A DNA stretch of 63,272 nt, filler included, from Rhabdomonas costata (lineage: Eukaryota): assembly GCA_019059605.1 (NCBI GenBank). It is 44 parts of 44 records of this genome, joined end to end, with 100 filler letters (N's around TTAATTAATTAA, not from the genome) between each part and the next. Parts side by side here need not be neighbours in the genome. Positions count along the whole stretch, not along the records: positions 59,055 to 60,393 come from JAHMHO010018885.1; positions 60,494 to 61,833 come from JAHMHO010018886.1; positions 61,934 to 63,272 come from JAHMHO010018887.1; 41 more parts are not named here. One strand, 5' to 3'. Below the pieces are notes generated by a model. It made no database searches. It worked only from the letters and a program-made list of their open reading frames with translations, and was not told the DNA's origin. This document shows, piece after piece, positions 59,490 through 63,272 of the stretch. Numbering within the stretch: position 1 is the stretch's first letter; the number at the start of each line of letters is the position of its first letter. Both the position numbers and the translations under genes were made by a program.

Positions 59490-62227
59490 GTATGTCCTGG
59501 AGCCCTGCATGGTGTGTTCTGGAAGCGGGGTGAGCGAATCCTCTTGATGTACTAAGCAGTGAGTCCTGCATTCTGCTCTATCGTTTGATGAAGTCCCGGT
59601 GAACGCAGTCTGACTGCACAGAGAGTGTCAAAAGATGGAGGCTGGGTTTCTTGTCTGAGTTTACGTTCCCACCAGTACGCTCCCATTAGATGGTTAAACA
59701 TGTATTTGTCTGTATTGTGTTGCCTGGGACTTCGCTTTGGTTCCAGTTAGAGATTTTGGGTTTATCCTTTTGCTTTCTTTCTCGGGTCACAGAGGAAGGG
59801 AAAGGAATGTCCACCGCAAACTTGATAAAGGCCAGAAGACAGCCCGCTGCCTTTGTTGTGGCTTGAACGAGAGTGTGACTGTTGGGCAGAGCAATATATC
59901 CCCCCCCCCCTGGTGCAGCTTGCAACGCAGGAGAGGGCACAGCCACCACCACCTCCTCCTCCCGTCACTCAAAGACTATGTTAACCCAGGATATAATGAA
60001 GGACATAGGACATAATGAACAAACCTTCACCTAACTATCCCGCGGGATATTGAATCTACCATGAAGTGGTTTGGGCTCAAACTTTCTTGGGTGTTGAGTT
60101 GGATATTTTGCCCTCCTCCCCACCCACTAAACTTAGCTCGCGGCGCAGCATGCGCGGGCGGCAGCGATGAAGGCAGAGCTGGCGAGCCAGCAGGGAGAGG
60201 CCAAGGTGGATCCCGGGGCGGTGTACGAGACGGACCTTCTGCGGAGGTCCCATGCGTGCGAGTGCCCATGTGCTGTGTGCGTTTGAGGAGTCTTTCCATT
60301 TTCCCTACTCAAATCCAAACCCCTTTATCTTAACCCTTAATCCTTACCCCTGCATCTCCAAATTCCCCAAACCCCCCAACCACACCCGACACANNNNNNN
60401 NNNNNNNNNNNNNNNNNNNNNNNNNNNNNNNNNNNNNTTAATTAATTAANNNNNNNNNNNNNNNNNNNNNNNNNNNNNNNNNNNNNNNNNNNNGGTTTTT
60501 TTGCTGCAATGGCTCGTCTTCTACCTCTCCATTCTTGGTGGCTTTTCTTCTGTGGACGCGCCAAGCGTTCCACTCGCCGTAACTTCTCACTATGCTTTCT
60601 GGATTGCGGTAAAGAGCAGGGACACAAACAGCATTCTGTACCCGAGCAGAACAGGTTGCGGTGTTGGTATGATATTGGTACGTGGGTATTGATATTTATC
60701 TGCCGGACGACCACTGCAGCTCATTTGATTATTCCGTTCGCTCCCCCTGTCTCCACAACATGGTACTCTGGTAGGCTACAGTGCAAATCGAGAATTACCT
60801 TGCACATTCTTGCACACGCTACCAAGGTTCTGCGGCATGACTATGCCGTCCGCTTCACTTCAAGGGTGAGCAAGCATTTCGGACTTCGTAGCGAAAAAGA
60901 AAAGCGAAAAAAGCGAACTGAGATGGCCCATTTTTACCCTGCCCGCTTCTTTGCATTGACGTTTCTCATGTTTTTAACATTGAACATTGGATTTTCAAAA
61001 TTCACTTATAATGTGAAGCGGGCCATATGTGAGAGATTTATCCAACAGTGCTCCAAACAACTTCCAGGACTCGCAGGTTCCCCTCACCATCTTTGTTTTT
61101 GTTGTAACAGACAACCTTACGTTGAAAGCTCAGCCGAAACGAGAATGGGAAACACAGGCACCGTTGTTACCCATCGAAGCAGTGGCAGCGATTGCCATGC
61201 CTTTGAGTACCGTTGGGGGCTGCCCGGGTGGTGCTTTTTGGTTGTTGGGGTGATCATGAGCATTAGTTGGAGCAGGGAAGCCAGAACGGAGGAAATCGCC
61301 CCCTTTATGCACTCGCAGTGCCTTGCAGTGACATCCTCTCAGAGCTGCATGTTAACAGTAACAACGCGGACATTGTTCGCTACGAACTCACGATGCATCT
61401 ACTAATTCGCACCAAAAAATCAGTTTTGCTGACTCCGTCTGCAGTCTGGTGGGTGTGTATTGGGCAGAATGGACATTTGCATTTGGTGAGGGAGGGGACG
61501 GCAAGCGTTTTTCGGTGCTTGGCATTTGGCTTGGGTTTTGGATTGAGGCCAGAGGCCCGGCTTCCTGAGGGCGCGTACAAAAAAAGGAAAAGTAAATTTT
61601 CACATGTCACGTTATGGTGATGCAATACTTCGATGAAATTCTTTTGAATTGTCTCGTTTAACGCCCTCAAAAGAGTGAATCAATAGCCCGCGTCAGGGGT
61701 GAGTCATTGTTTATCCACCTCATTCCTCGGGCTTTCTCTGCCTTTTTGCGCTGACTTCTTCAACCAAAGAGTGCACCTCTCCCTTTCTTGCACCCTTTCT
61801 CTCCTTTTTCCTTTGCGCTGTGTGCGGTTCATTNNNNNNNNNNNNNNNNNNNNNNNNNNNNNNNNNNNNNNNNNNNNTTAATTAATTAANNNNNNNNNNN
61901 NNNNNNNNNNNNNNNNNNNNNNNNNNNNNNNNNAACACCCCCGTTTCTCCCACTTCCAGGGTCTCGTGGTTACTGTTTCGTGCACCTATTCCTCTGCGTC
62001 CTCCCTCTGCTACATTTTTCCCCTTCCTCACCTGACATCAGCCAGCGCACTAACACGTTGTCCCCTGTGAAGATGTCAGTGTTGGATTTGCTTAAAGGCA
62101 ACTGAAACTATTGATCGTGATGTGCATCATTCCTCGGAGTACTGACAGTTTGATGTTTGCGTGGAGAACTCTCACTTTTATCCTCGGAGAGGGACTGTGG
62201 CCAATCGTTTTTTGTGCTGCCCACCAG

Positions 62228-63272
62228 CTGACCAGCAGCTCCCGCCGGTGATGGCCTTCAACCTGAACATGCCTGGCTTCCTGACCCCGTTCACGTTTGG
62301 GGACTTCCGCGCCGACCTGGAGCGTGTGCTGCGGGCGTCGGCCGGGGCCCCGGTGCCGTGCATCCTGAGGTCGCTGCTGTACGTCACTGTGCAGGGCTCG
62401 GGGGGCTCCGTGACTCAGGCCCGGTGGGTGCTCAACGAGGCTGTGGTGTTCCGGGTGACCGCGCCGGCCTCTACTCGCCTTGAGCTTGTCGTGGACGAGC
62501 ACTTGGTGTGCTGGCCTACTCCTCCCCACTCCTTCACCACCACCACCTCATATACAGCGCCGCTGCGGTGCTCAGCACGGCGCAACACGAGCAACGGGTG
62601 GAACCTATTATGGTGCACGCAGTCAGCGCCTGTCCGTCGGACCCATGATCCCGACTCATATGGCAATCGTCGATAACCACTGTTTAACTTATTGAGCGAA
62701 TGCCAAAGTACAATCGCACGCGCAGCCGGGTATTTGCTGTGTACGCTGGGGTTCAGGATCGATTGCGCTTCTAATATTTTGGAACTCAAGAAACAGGAGT
62801 GTCAGCAGCTGGACATCCACTTTCCCCAACGTCTGGCAGTGACCTTTCCGCTCCATTGATCGAATCTCTGCAGCGGTAGTACAACTAATGGAACTGACGA
62901 TTTGGATTCGTGGCCGCCGCGTTCCCTGCCGAACGCCAAAACAGGGATCCCCGATTCCTGGAAATCCTCACCTTTTTCCCGTCTTGTGATCATGGTAACA
63001 GTCCATGCTCCAGATGGCTTGCATTCCTTTCGTTGCTACAAGAGTTCTAGCACCATAGCACCGAACTATGTCATATTTTCTTTCTTGGAATCTCGTCATC
63101 GCTTGCGGTGCGTCGCAGGTGAATGTTCTGCGCGCCGATGGGGTGATCGTCTCCACTCCCACGGGCTCCACTGCGTACAGCACCGCCGCCGGGGGGCCGA
63201 TGGTGGTCCCCTCGACACCGTGCATCATCATCACCCCAGTGGCCTCTCGGGCCCTCTCCTGCCGCAGCATTG
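62228..63272 (+). CDS. NADK: NAD(H) kinase; exons 62228..62505 and 63119..63272
   Basis: [22 protein letters not shown], and [24 protein letters not shown]...IIITPV. Phase-0 GT-AG intron at 62506..63118. Confidence 0.93.

Noticed and set aside
60509-61405. 298-aa ORF
   Set aside because: No host codon bias, no motifs, Cys/Phe/Arg-rich composition typical of translated intron/intergenic DNA. The same applies to 1691..2560, 39295..40011, 47536..48267 and 57756..58430.

Overview
The window is not a contiguous locus. It is 44 unrelated ~1.34-kb draft contigs joined by 43 artificial 100-nt spacers (44 N + TTAATTAATTAA + 44 N), so synteny across spacers is meaningless and most of the six-frame ORF track is spurious. 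The DNA is from an intron-rich eukaryote, very probably a euglenid: contig 12 is the flavodoxin/FAD/NADP reductase half of a Euglena-type pyruvate:NADP+ oxidoreductase. G/T-rich contig starts, C/A-rich contig ends and perfect terminal fold-backs point to a whole-genome-amplified library. Manual splicing at GT-AG/GC-AG sites recovers fragments of about 25 genes. Recognisable ones are PNO, a protein kinase, thioredoxin, IFT dynein-2 heavy chain, listerin, sideroflexin, a calcyphosin-like EF-hand protein, UTP20-like, WD40, diacylglycerol kinase, DUF1152, a cNMP-binding protein, NAD kinase and a PstS-like protein. Most notable: (1) an exon of a pentameric ligand-gated ion channel with a complete C-x13-C Cys-loop; (2) a 1213-bp circular or tandem, non-coding, hairpin-rich unit; (3) a Cys-rich protein built from tandemly duplicated phase-1 exons; (4) prokaryote-type domains (DUF1152, PstS-like) carrying spliceosomal introns; (5) several GC-donor introns. 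All family assignments come from motif recognition by eye; no database search was run.
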